DNA of 64,000 bases from Bugula neritina. Lineage: Eukaryota; Animalia; Bryozoa. The position numbers and the translations under genes are program-made. Of this stretch, positions 1-14,749 are shown piece after piece. The notes beneath the pieces were generated by a model, which had not been told where the DNA came from, ran no database searches, and saw only the letters and a program-made list of their open reading frames with translations. The DNA lies in the NCBI GenBank assembly GCA_964035545.1, contig OZ037769.1, positions 4,259,929 to 4,323,928 on the forward strand, written 5' to 3'. The stretch's first letter is position 1; every line of letters starts with the position of its first letter.

Positions 1-817
1 GATCCTACTGTAAAGGCATTGCCTTTCCACAAAATGGTAAGTATCTTTATAGGTTTCCTAGTTGTAATATTTAGTCATTAAGTTAACTTCTTTCAATAAC
101 AAATGCTTGTGACTAAATAATATTTACTTTCATTGATTTTAGAATGTGATAAAGTTTCGGACTGTCTGCAGATAGCATTTGACAAAAAAGGAAAGAAACT
201 TTTTTGGTAAGAGCTGTTTTATTTTGGTTCTAGAGTTTGATTGTTTTTTTAAGTATTCGTCTGAATTATGTAATCTAGAGAGAAAACGAATTTGTTTAAA
301 TATAAGGTCTAAATGTTTGCTTTCAGTTTGATCCCAAATAAATGTTTCAAGTCTTTTTTACTATACCTATAGTCTAAGAAATTGGCCAGTGTATGTACCA
401 CACACCACACACTACACACCACACACTTCACACCACACACTATGCACGCACGCACGCACACGTGCACACGTGCGCACACTCGCATACACACACGCACGGA
501 CACACACGCATACACACACACACACATATAGTTATATATAGTATATGAAATATAAATATAAAATATACATATGTAGATTGGAAGCTGAAAAAAATTTTTA
601 CGGTTACTGATATTGAAAGAAGAACTAAATAAAACTTTGTTGTAGTAACAAGAAGAATCCCGCAAACCAGTGCTACAAGAAGGCTAAGAAAACATGTTCA
701 GTGGCAGATCAATATCAAGATGTACTTATTAACAGAGCTTTTCTAGCAGTCTGTACATCCAATAAGAAGTTTTATACCATCGAAAAACCTGTTTTACCTT
801 CTTGCTCCAAACACTAA
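1..817 (+). CDS. 12-Cys secreted protein family, copy 1 (5'-truncated by window edge; last three exons)
   Basis: Exons <1-36 (SYCKGIAFPQN), 143-206 (ECDKVSDCLQIAFDKKGKKLFC) and 646-817 (NKKNPANQCYKKAKKTC...AVCTSNKKFYTIEKPVLPSCSKH*). GT/AG introns, the same phases and the same 64-nt exon as the other five copies. Confidence 0.85.
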
Positions 818-1704
818 GAGGAAAACACAAAAGTTTACTGTCAGTGGTTATTATTTCCAAAACACTTTTCGTCAGCTTTAAGCTTTTTGGACACAGGTGC
901 ATGCAGCATATGTTGATCTTCGTAAAAATAAAACTTCAAATTGTTATCTATTTCACACGTTGAATTTTCTAATATAGACACATAATTTTTATTAACGTGT
1001 TGATTTTTAAATGTTTTTATTGTAACTAATGCCAGTAAAATTAAATAAAATGTATTAGCGTATATAAATCTTTCTGGGCTTGTTAATAATGTTAGTTATG
1101 GAGTTACTTCAACTGTGTGCGTGTGCGCGTGTGTGCGTGCGTGCGTGCATGCGTGCGTGTGTGTGTGTATATATAAACAATATATAAACAGGCAGACAGA
1201 AACTGATAGACAACTGGCTGCCTTACCAGAACAACAGAATGGTGTGAGCAATAACATGTTGAAAATGGCATAAAAGCACTTATAGTTATAAAATAAATAC
1301 TAAATGAAAATCTTGTAAATCCAAGTGTCTCAGTCTTTGACAGAAATTTCTACAGTTATAAATCATGATATTAATAATTTTGGCCTATGATTATATCTAA
1401 TTACTTTCAAATATTGACAAATGATAGTGATATTACGTCATCTATTCATGTTTGTAGTATCACTGAACTGCCTGTGACTTGCAGAATGTCAATTTGTAGA
1501 CAATCACGAACAAATTTCTGCACAATTAACCATCAAACTGAAACCTTCAATAATATTAAATAACAACGATAATGTTTTCATAACCTACAACGCAATATTT
1601 TCAAATAGCATGAATTATATTATTATTTTGCCACCATATTACAAATTACAAAATCATTAGGGTTTATCTTTTGCCAAGTCTTAGAATTTCCTGTTATTGA
1701 CAAA

Positions 1705-1764
1705 AGATTACATCAATTTTATTATGTGATGTAGATTAATGGGACATCGTGTTTAATATATAAG
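1705..1764 (+). promoter_or_regulatory. Copy 2 promoter: AGATTACATCAATTTTATTA motif + TATATAAG box
   Basis: Motif at 1705-1724, TATA at 1757-1764, about 80 nt upstream of the ATG. The same pair sits upstream of copies 3-6. Confidence 0.7.
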
Positions 1765-1839
1765 TTGGTATTGTAGTTGTATATCTTCACCTTTACAAAC
1801 TCTTCTCTTCTACATCTTAGGACTTCAACTTAATGAAAA

Positions 1840-5023
<3,184 letters not shown>

Positions 5024-5280
5024 TGCTCCTAACTATACTAGCTAATGTTTCCTAACCACCCTACGTGGTAGATGTATACATGCATCCACTTCTAACTATT
5101 TTAATGTATTCAAGACACATGTAAATCATATATTATAAAAACAAAATAAATATACTTTTTCAACTATTTTTTAATTCAGTCTTTGCAAATTAAACAAACT
5201 TTCATTTAGCAAGTTTTACTATAACTTTAACAGCAATATATTACTGTTATAGTAAAACTATTGGTATACCAATAGACCCA

Positions 5281-5720
5281 AATTAGGCCATTTCACTTAA
5301 TTTAATACACACTGGAAATCTTTAGTTTTTAGCTATTTTTTACAATTTAGTTTCTAATGAACATGGGCTTTTGTCTAAAATTAGTAAAATATCAAATAAT
5401 ACATTTAAATAATCAAGGTTCTTTTTAATTTTGCTCGATTTCCAATGTTTACTATACCAATTATTTAGCTACTTTTGATTGCGGACCGTTACGGTTTTTC
5501 CATAACGGTCCGCAATCCAAATTACCTAAACAAATAGAAAAAAATTTGGAAAATTAAGCAAAATTAAAAATAACTCTGATTATTTAGGTGCATTTACTGA
5601 TATTTTACTTATAGTTTTGAGCAAAACCCAATTAAGTTCATTAGCAGCTAATTTGTGAAAAATAGGTAAAAACTGGAGTTCTCCAGTGTGTATGATTAAA
5701 TTAAGTAAAATGATCCAATT
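5281..5720. mobile_element. Foldback/MITE-like long imperfect inverted repeat (~440 bp)
   Basis: Centre GATTGCGGACCGTTA-cggtttttcca-TAACGGTCCGCAATC. The arms stay complementary outward (TACACACTGGA / TCCAGTGTGTA; AGTAAAATATCA / TGATATTTTACT; TAATGAAC / GTTCATTA). Confidence 0.7.
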
Positions 5721-6794
5721 AAAGTTTTAATGCTTGTTTATATTATGTCTGGTTTTGTTGATAATAATGCTATACTGACTTTATATCAACTTTGTGTCAT
5801 AATTGAAAATCATTGCATATATGGCAACATATTTGTTAAGCGGTGGAAGCAATATGAATCTTGTTTTTTTTACGAAATTATCACAAATTTATTAAACAGT
5901 GTTTATATTTAAAATAAAAAATATTGGCATAAATATCATATTAGCATTACAAAACTCAGTATTTGAAAGTTGTCAATTACATAAACTTTATAGATGCATA
6001 TAAAAGTTGTACTAGAAAGTTGATTTCTGTAGTTTCCATACATGTATGTATACATGTATACATGTAAATGCAAACTGCAACCACACATTTATTCATAGGA
6101 GCATACATATGCATAATGTGAATTAATGGAAACAACTTGTGAAGTGAAGTGAAGTAATGACTAAAAACCATGACATGCATAACTCCAATGTTGCCCAGTA
6201 CTTAAAAACAAATTAGGTAAATGAATCTGAATTTTTTTTATACTCCTGTGTAAATTTAATTTACAATGCTCTCTGCTTGACTTAAAAAGCTTAGCATAAA
6301 GCTTATAACTTTTGTAATTATTTAATAGTTTTCAGCATTTTTATCTTTTTGAAGTAGTCTTCTATTTTTTTCACATAGAGTTATTGACATTGAACGCACA
6401 CAAACTCATCAATCCTTATAGTGTCAAAGATATTGACTCTAATTGACCATTGTGTAATATTGTCATACAATAACTGCATGGTGAATTGTGAATTAGGCCA
6501 TTGATTCTTGATTTAAATATTACTGAATTGTTTTTGACCCACTCAATCTATCATCATGTAAAGAAATGCTATTAAACTGCATGGCCGGCTAACTATTGTA
6601 CTTAAAATGTAATTCTACAGCAATAATTTTGTTTATAACCTACTTAATATTATATATATACCTTTAAGTTTGAATAACATAAAAATCATTTCTTGATTTT
6701 GGAAATAATTCTTTTGTTGCCCACAATTCATCGTATTGCAAAATAATCAACGGTTATAACCGGTCAAGTTTTATGATTTCTTAGTAATAATAAG

Positions 6795-6853
6795 AGATTA
6801 TATCAATTTTATTACAAAACGTAAATTGCACAAACATCATATTTTGTATATAA
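6795..6853 (+). promoter_or_regulatory. Copy 3 promoter: AGATTATATCAATTTTATTAC + TATATAA
   Basis: Motif at 6795-6815, TATA at 6847-6853; conserved across paralogues. Confidence 0.7.
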
Positions 6854-7183
6854 TTAGAATTTTTAGCTAAAGCTCTTCATATACCTTTAACCATACACAC
6901 TTTTTATCCTTCTTAAGACTTCAACAGACTAAAAATTTTGATACAAAAATTATGGGTAAGTATATTATATATTAATAATTTATAATTCCGTTTACTTTTG
7001 AATTCATATAATTTAAAAATTTTAAAAACATATTTTGTAATAATATTAAATGCTTTTTATTTGTATTCCATTCATTAAAAAAGAAAACATGCAATAAGAT
7101 TACACTTTAGGTATTAAAGAAAAAGTGCTATTATAACTATACGAATAATACATATTTCTGTTGAAAAAAAGTAATGTTATACT

Positions 7184-7367
7184 GAAATAACTTCTACCCT
7201 CTATATACTTTGTGTCATGCATAGTGTACTTTAATGTAACGTAATAACTTTTGAATTTTCATCATTCATTGTTACTCTGAAGATGGGCACAGTGGTGCCC
7301 GAAATATTAGTTGATTACTTTGCCTAATAAAGTAATAAAACAACAATTTTTCTCGTATACTTACTCA
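7184..7367 (+). mobile_element. Penelope-like/retrozyme solo terminal repeat inserted in intron 1 of copy 3
   Basis: Flanked by the 12-bp direct repeat TAATGTTATACT (7172-7183, 7368-7379). Absent from the equivalent intron of copy 4. Contains a hammerhead core followed by AATAAA. Confidence 0.7.
7270..7314 (+). ncRNA. Minimal type I hammerhead ribozyme
   Basis: act-CTGAAGA-T-GGGCAC-agtg-GTGCCC-GAAA-TATT-agt: CUGANGA and GAAA cores, a 6-bp stem II, palindromic AATATT as stem III and a short stem I (ACT/AGT). Confidence 0.7.
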
Positions 7368-10302
7368 TAATGTTATACTATATATATATATGTACATACA
7401 CTTGTCAGTGCAATTTTAGCAGAACATATCATAAAAAGCAATTTTGACTCAAAATACTATATGAAATACAAGAAATATAAGGATTTTATGTTTATTTCAG
7501 TTTCTGTGAAAGTCATCGTAGGTACATGTGCTGTTGCTTTTTTTATTGGTAAGTGGTAACATTTAATATCAAGTATCATGGTATTAACATTGAACATGTG
7601 ATATTGTTATAAAATATCATGTTGTATAAAAGCTTTTGTTAGTAAAAAAAATGACATATATGGTAAATTATTGCCTCCCTAGCTTTTGTGTAAGAGCTCT
7701 TTGAGTATTTAAGTTGTCAGTTTTAATAGAATTACATTATTGTTTTCACATTTAGGTATTGCTGAAGTAGAAAGTAGATCTCTTCACGACAAACCTAGTA
7801 AGTATGAAAATATAGTTTGATAAGTGTATAGCTATTGTGTTTTTCTGTACTTTCACGCAGTAAAAGATGTATTGGATAAATAATTTATAATAAAAATATA
7901 CTATACAGCTATGAGAAATGCATAGTCAAAGCTCAATGAATATTATAGTTCTAACTGTAGACTAAAGGGTGTTATAGTAATATTTACGTATCATATAGCA
8001 GTTTATTTATATCCCATATGATTTCAAATTCATCATTTTCACTTTACGAGCATTATGATAAAATTTGATCATCAAAAATAAAATGAATGTTTTATGTTTT
8101 TGTAAAATATGTTTTGTAGCTTGTGAAAAGAATCTTTACAACCTGTTTTGTGAATTTAAGACATTAGTAATGACACAAAAGCGCGATTATTGCCTGAGGT
8201 TTGTAAGCATATGTATAGCATATATTATACTGAAATTTATGCTATATAATACTTTGTAACATTTTCTATAATTACATTGAACTTTGTATGTAACTAAATA
8301 TAAGGCATCAGGGTATTATTTGGACTGTATATAATACTTAGAGCCAGGGATAAGCTATACTCTCAACAATTGTGTTGTTAAGGATCCTGTCAAAAGGACG
8401 TTTCAAGGATTTCAGTTCATGAACTTGTTCCGATCCAACTGCAGAGGCCTTGACTACCCACAGGCGGGTAAGCATCTGTCTATAAGTCAATTTTTTTAAA
8501 AAGTTAATAACACTTGTAAAAGATTTTAAGCAGTGTAGTTTAAAACTAAACATTTAACGTAAGCGCTGTTGTTTATATATAGTCAAAGAGACATATATGG
8601 TCTTTTGATCTGTAGATAGAGTAGCTTGAAAGGACGTTTATAAAATAGATCTCTTTAATTGTGTATATAAGGGTTAATAAGTCAACTGAAAAACAAATGT
8701 TTTTATTTGTTTGCTGATTTTTATAGGATGTGGCGAGATTCAATATTGCCTAAAGATGGCTTTTGACAAAAGCGGAAAAACACTTCTTTGGTGAGACTTT
8801 GTATGGCTGCTTCAGTGTTACATTATATTGATTTTTTGTTTTTAGCTCAATATAGTATATGGTTGAGCTAATGCATAACGGAAATGAAGGAAGAAAAATT
8901 TAGCGTAATTGTTGGCTTTATGTTTTCTTTTAAACACATGATTTTTAGTAAAACCTGTGCTTTTTTGTTAATATCTTTTTTAGAATAATTATATTGTCAG
9001 TGAAAATGTTTTCATTTTCTGTGCTTCTGCTCATTTTCTAATTATTTCTATAAAATATACTTTCAGTACTTCAAACTTAAATTTATTTCATTATATCGAT
9101 ATATATATTAAAATGTTCTTTTTAGTGATGAAGAGAAATTAGTTGACAAGTGCTACCAGTATGCTATGAAAAGATGCTATTTAGCTGAGCAATTTCGAGA
9201 TGTAGTTGTTAGACAAGTTTTTCCAAAAGTCTGCAAATCTAGCAAATCTTATACAATGAAGAAACCTGTTTTACCTTATTGTCCCAAGGTTCACAAACCT
9301 GTAAAACTTTAATGACTAACATGTCTTCAAAAGCCTTTATATGTACTTTGAACTACTTTAAGTTAATTTGAGAAATAAACAATAAAAACAAATAACATAA
9401 AAATTTCAATGAAAAATTTTCTAATTTATGCTTTCTAAATTAAACATAGATTTTATTGAGAGATTTTAAATTTTTGCTATATACAGTCTTATTATAACAA
9501 TTTAAACCCAAATAAAAGTCAAAATTCTTCAAGTCCTAATTTGTGTTGTTGATATAATAGATTAACCAAAAGCTATACTGCAGTCTCTATTCACTTTGTA
9601 TTTTATTTAAAAATGCATTATGTATAATTTAAACATCACGCATAATCAAAATATAAAAACAATATGAACCATACCACTTTCTGTTGTAAGAAATGATAAT
9701 AAATCACCTACTGAATATCGCGTAGGTTTAAATTAATATATACTGATATTATAAATGTTTTGTTGGAATTACACAGATCAAAAAGTTCTAAATTAGTTAA
9801 GAAACAAGATAATTTGTGCAAAGCATGTGCAAAGAAGTATCAGTCATATAAGTTTATTATACGGAAATAGAATATACACATCAAATCACAAAGTGACTTG
9901 GTTTGTATATGAATACTAGCACGACGCTCATAAATTCTTATAAACATTGACTGTAATCGACCATTGTGTAGCATTGTCATGCAATAACTGGTAACTTAGA
10001 GGATTAGGCCATTAATTCGTGTTTTTAGTATCATTGAATTTTTTGCGACCTACACAATATATATTCACGTATAGAAATGGAAGTAAACCGGCATGGCCGG
10101 CAAATTATTATATACTTACAATGTAATTTTGCGAAACAATTGTGTTCATAACCTATTTAATCAATATATATAATAATTTTATTAACACAAAAGTAGTTTC
10201 TTGACTTTAAGGAAGCAATTCATTGGTCACACACAATTCATGGCATTGCAAAATAATTAAGGGTTTATATTTTGTCAAGTAATATCATTTATTAATAATA
10301 GA

Positions 10303-10363
10303 AGATTATATCAATTATATGACAAGAATGGATTGCACAATCGTCGTGTTTTATGTATATAAG
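10303..10363 (+). promoter_or_regulatory. Copy 4 promoter: AGATTATATCAATT + TATATAAG
   Basis: Motif from 10303, TATA at 10356-10363. Confidence 0.7.
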
Positions 10364-10454
10364 TAAAAAATTTATTTGAAGTTCTTCACACCTCTTTATG
10401 TACACATCTTTTATTCACTTGAGACTTTAAAGAACAGAAGATTTTGATACAAAA

Positions 10455-11739
10455 ATGGGTATAAGTATATATTTTAATAATTTATAATTCTGTTTACTTC
10501 TGAATTCATTTACAAGCTTCAAAAAATGCATATATTGTTATTATGCTTTTGTTCAAAATTATTAAGACAATGTAACAACAAGATTACATTTTATAACTAA
10601 AAAAGAAGTTATATTACCTATAGACAATTTTTACAATACATATTCCAATTCAAAATAACTTTTGCTTTACTATGATATATTGCTGATTTTTCAAAACAAC
10701 ATTAGCTCTACATTAAAACAATTTTTTTTAATAAAGTTGAAATACATACACTAAACAAAACTGAATTGTTAAAAAGGTTATGTTTATTTTTAGTGTCTGT
10801 GAAAATCATCATAGCTACATGCGCTGTTGCTCTATTCACTGGTAAGTGGTAGCATTCAATATCAAATACATGGAGTAACATATTGAACATATGATATTGG
10901 TATAAAATATTATATTGTAGACGTTTTTGTTAGGAAAAAAATGACATATTATAAATTAATGCTTCAATCCTGTGTAAGAGCTCTTTGAGTATTTAAGTTG
11001 TCAGTTCTAATAGAATTATATTTTTGTTTTCAAATGTAGGTATTGCCAGAGTAGAGAGTAGATCTTATCACGACAAACCTAGTAAGTATGAAAATATATG
11101 TTTTAATAAGTGCAGTTGTTTTGCTATTATATAGTTTAATACAGTTAAATGATTTATTGGATAAATAGTATGATATATTACCATAATAAATATGTGATTA
11201 ATAATTATATTATTTAACCAATTATAACAATTATTTATTACAACAAATAATTTAATAGTAATAATATAAACAAATACTATACAGTTATCAGCAGTGGTCA
11301 AGGTTTAAAGGAATTATGATAAACTGTGTTATTGTAATTTTACAAAGATGGCCTATTATATTTACTTACTTTATTAATTGCTCACTTGATAAAAACCTTT
11401 AGCATTTAGCTTTCCATTTCTATAATTAAACTGAACATGAATATAATATGACATTATATAGTTTTAACTGTGCTTTAAAGAACTTTACAATAATATTTAT
11501 GTAGCAAATAATTTATACCATACAATTTCAAATTATCAGATTTCACCATGACATTACGATAAAAATGTATCAAAAATGTATGTATGTCTTATATTTTTTT
11601 GTAAAATATGTTTTGCAGCTTGTGAAGATAACCTTTACAACCTGTTTTGTGAATTTAAGACGTTAGTGATGACGCAAAAACGAGATTATTGCTTGAGGTT
11701 CGTAAGCATACAGCATATTATATTGAACTTTACTCTATA

Positions 11740-11824
<85 letters not shown>

Positions 11825-12724
11825 CTTTGTAACATTTTTTGTATAATATCAAAATTATCATATAATTAAATATAAGGCATCAGGGTATTATTTGTACTAT
11901 ATAATATTTAGAGCCAGGGATAAGCTATACGCAGCGACTCTCAACAATTGTGTTGTTAAAGATCCTGTCAAAAGGACGTTTCAAGGATTTCAGTACATAA
12001 ACTTGTTCCGATCCAACTGCAAAGGCATTGACTACCCACAGGATGGTACGAACCAATCTCGTTTGATATGTCTTAAATCAACTTTTCAAGAAAAAAAATT
12101 TAATCGAGTCAGCTGAAAACAACATATTTTTATTTATATTCACTTCTTTTAGGTTGTGGAGAGATTGAACATTGTCTAAAGATGGCGTTTGACAAAAGCG
12201 GAAAGAAACTTCTTTGGTGAGAGTGTGCATATTTGCTTCAGTATTAAGTTATATTTTTTTACTATTCCTTAAAGCAATATAGTTGACCTAATCATGCCTC
12301 AGAGAAATTAAGGGAGCAACATTTTAGTTGCTGCCTTTATGTTCTCTTTGAAATATAATTTCTAATAAAACCTTTGTTTTTTGTTGATGCCTTTTTTAAA
12401 TTATAATTATATGCATATATTTGTATGTTCGGTGCTTTTGCTTATTTTCTATTTATTTCTATTAACATAACATTTCAGTAATTTCAAGCTTAAATTAATT
12501 TCATTTCACCTATATATACTAAAATCTTATTTTTCAGCGATAAAGAGAAATCAGTTGACAAGTGTTACCAGTATGCTATGAAGAAATGCTATTTGGCTGA
12601 GCGCTTTCGAGATGTGGTTGTTAAACAAGCTTTCCCAAAAGTCTGCAAATCTAGCAAGTCTTATACAATGAAGAAGCCTGTTTTACCTTATTGTCCCAAG
12701 GTTCACATACCTGTTAAATTTTAA
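10455..12724 (+). CDS. 12-Cys secreted protein family, copy 4 (7 coding exons, 185 aa)
   Basis: Exons 10455-10458, 10794-10841, 11040-11081, 11619-11697, 11912-12045, 12153-12216, 12538-12724 = 558 nt, open. MVSVKIIIATCAVALFTGIARVES|RSYHDKPTCEDNLYNLFC...PVLPYCPKVHIPVKF. Closest paralogue of copy 3. Confidence 0.88.
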
Positions 12725-14749
12725 TGACCATGCACTGTTTCCAAAAGCTTTTATTAACCCTAGTATACTTTGAACTAATTTAATTGCTTTTGAAAAATAA
12801 GCAGTATACATCAATAGCATAAAAAACTCAATAAATGATTTTCTAATTCATGCTTTTTATATTAAACATAAATGTTGTTAATTGAGATTTCAATCTTTTG
12901 CAATACAACCTTAATACCAATTTAGACTCAAATAAAAGCCAATGCTCTTTATACTTTCTTGTCTTGTTGATAATAAATTTACCAAAAGGCTATATATATT
13001 ATACACTATATACAAGAATTATATGTTTTATGCTGTAAAGAAAGGTCTTTCTAAAAAAACTTATAAATGGTTTAGATATACTATATAAAAGATGAAATTA
13101 TAAACCAACGCTCTGCACCATCTCAAAGACCTAAATATATAGTAACCTGTTATATTATGTTTAATACATTAATTTACCAGCAAATGATATCTAATCTGTG
13201 TCAACAATTCAAGTTCTTGTTAGCAGCTATAATTTACATATAGCCTTTATATAGAGTCCACATATGTGCAGGTGTCAGTTTATATGTTTTAAACTTGCAT
13301 GATTATGTAATGAATGATAACTTATATCTTGCATAAGTTGGATGAAAATTTTGAAATCTTTTATATATGTAACATCATTGCATATTACGTAAAGGTAATT
13401 TGTGCCAATTATTAATAAAACAAACATATCCATATAAAGGCAGTGCATTTAACTTTATTCTAGTAAACAAGCATTGTTTTTATATTAGCATTATTAATAA
13501 ACTTACAATTAACAGGACACTTTTGAAAAGTATAAAAATTCTATTTATTTTTGTTTTGCTTCAGTTACATTTTTAAAGAAATTTCTATTGCGTATATCAC
13601 GTAGTCAGCAAAAGAACAACTAATAATGCTGCTGACTGGAACAGGTATTGGGTAAAACAGGTCCTTTGTAGAAATAGTCTTGGTCAGAGTTGCAGCTGAG
13701 CATTCTGCTTCTGCTACTTTGTGATTATAGCAATTTTCAGCTGGAGTCTTCTTGGCCCCCAAAAAACTTCCTTCCATATAAATTTCTCAAACGTGTAGCG
13801 ACAACAAACACCTGGGTTTATATGCACATGATGCCTAGAAGTATTTTGGTTATATTTATTATAATATAATGAAAGAAAACAGGATATCATAAACCCCTTT
13901 CTTGTTCCGCCAAAAAAGTTTTAGGCAAACAGAAAATCCCAGCAACAATTCACCACAATAAAGTAATTAACACCAAACCTCTTTCTTTTCCTTTTATATT
14001 GTAAAATATATCTTTACAAACAATTATTTTCAGTCACTTATAGCTGAAATAGTCCATGGTCTAAACTGAATTGTATAAGATTTTAAAAAAAATTGTGGTA
14101 TGTTATAAAATAAACTGAAACGTTATATTCTCGATATACATGGTATAAATATATTATATTATTACACATATGCTTATAAAAAACCAGTAGCAATATATAA
14201 AAAATCAGTTTTAAGTGCATCTTGGATATAAATAATACATACAGGAAATAATGCAAAATGTGGCAAAGTAGTGAGCTGGTAGAGAAAATACATACTCTGT
14301 ATAACATGAAAACATGTAGCTAAGTGCAGGTGCGTGAAAAGACAGATCTTAATAGACAGATATCATGGTAAAATTATTAACAGTAAAGTATATAGAACGG
14401 ATCCGTAGTACTTTAATAGAAACATATGAGCAATAGACTTTTAAAAATGTTAAAATAATGCTAATTTATACATGTAGTAATGTAAAAAAGTTTTAGAAAT
14501 GACAACATTCTACCAAGTGCAACTAATAACGCAAAATCACGTTTTATTCAACGATCATAGGTGACCGGCAAGACAGGGTGGATATTATATTTTATCTGAT
14601 TATCAGATATACTAAACAATTTAATGTTTGGAGTTGCCTTACACTTGTTATTATGAGAAAAAAATTCACTGATAAAACTTTCGATATTAAAACGAAAAAA
14701 CTGATTGACAAAAGCTTAAAAAAGTTAAAATTATTCGTCTATAGTAGAG

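Larger units (their letters stand above)
6952..9312 (+). pseudogene. 12-Cys secreted protein family, copy 3 (frameshifted; pseudogene or null allele)
   Basis: Exons 6952-6955, 7501-7548, 7756-7797, 8120-8198, 8342-8467, 8727-8790, 9126-9312. Exon 5 is 126 nt against 134 in copy 4 because GCAGCGAC is missing after 8360, giving a premature TAA at 8379-8381. Confidence 0.8.

Noticed and set aside
13565-13777. 70-aa minus-strand ORF downstream of amphiphysin
   Set aside because: No recognisable motif or splice support; more likely 3'UTR or intergenic.
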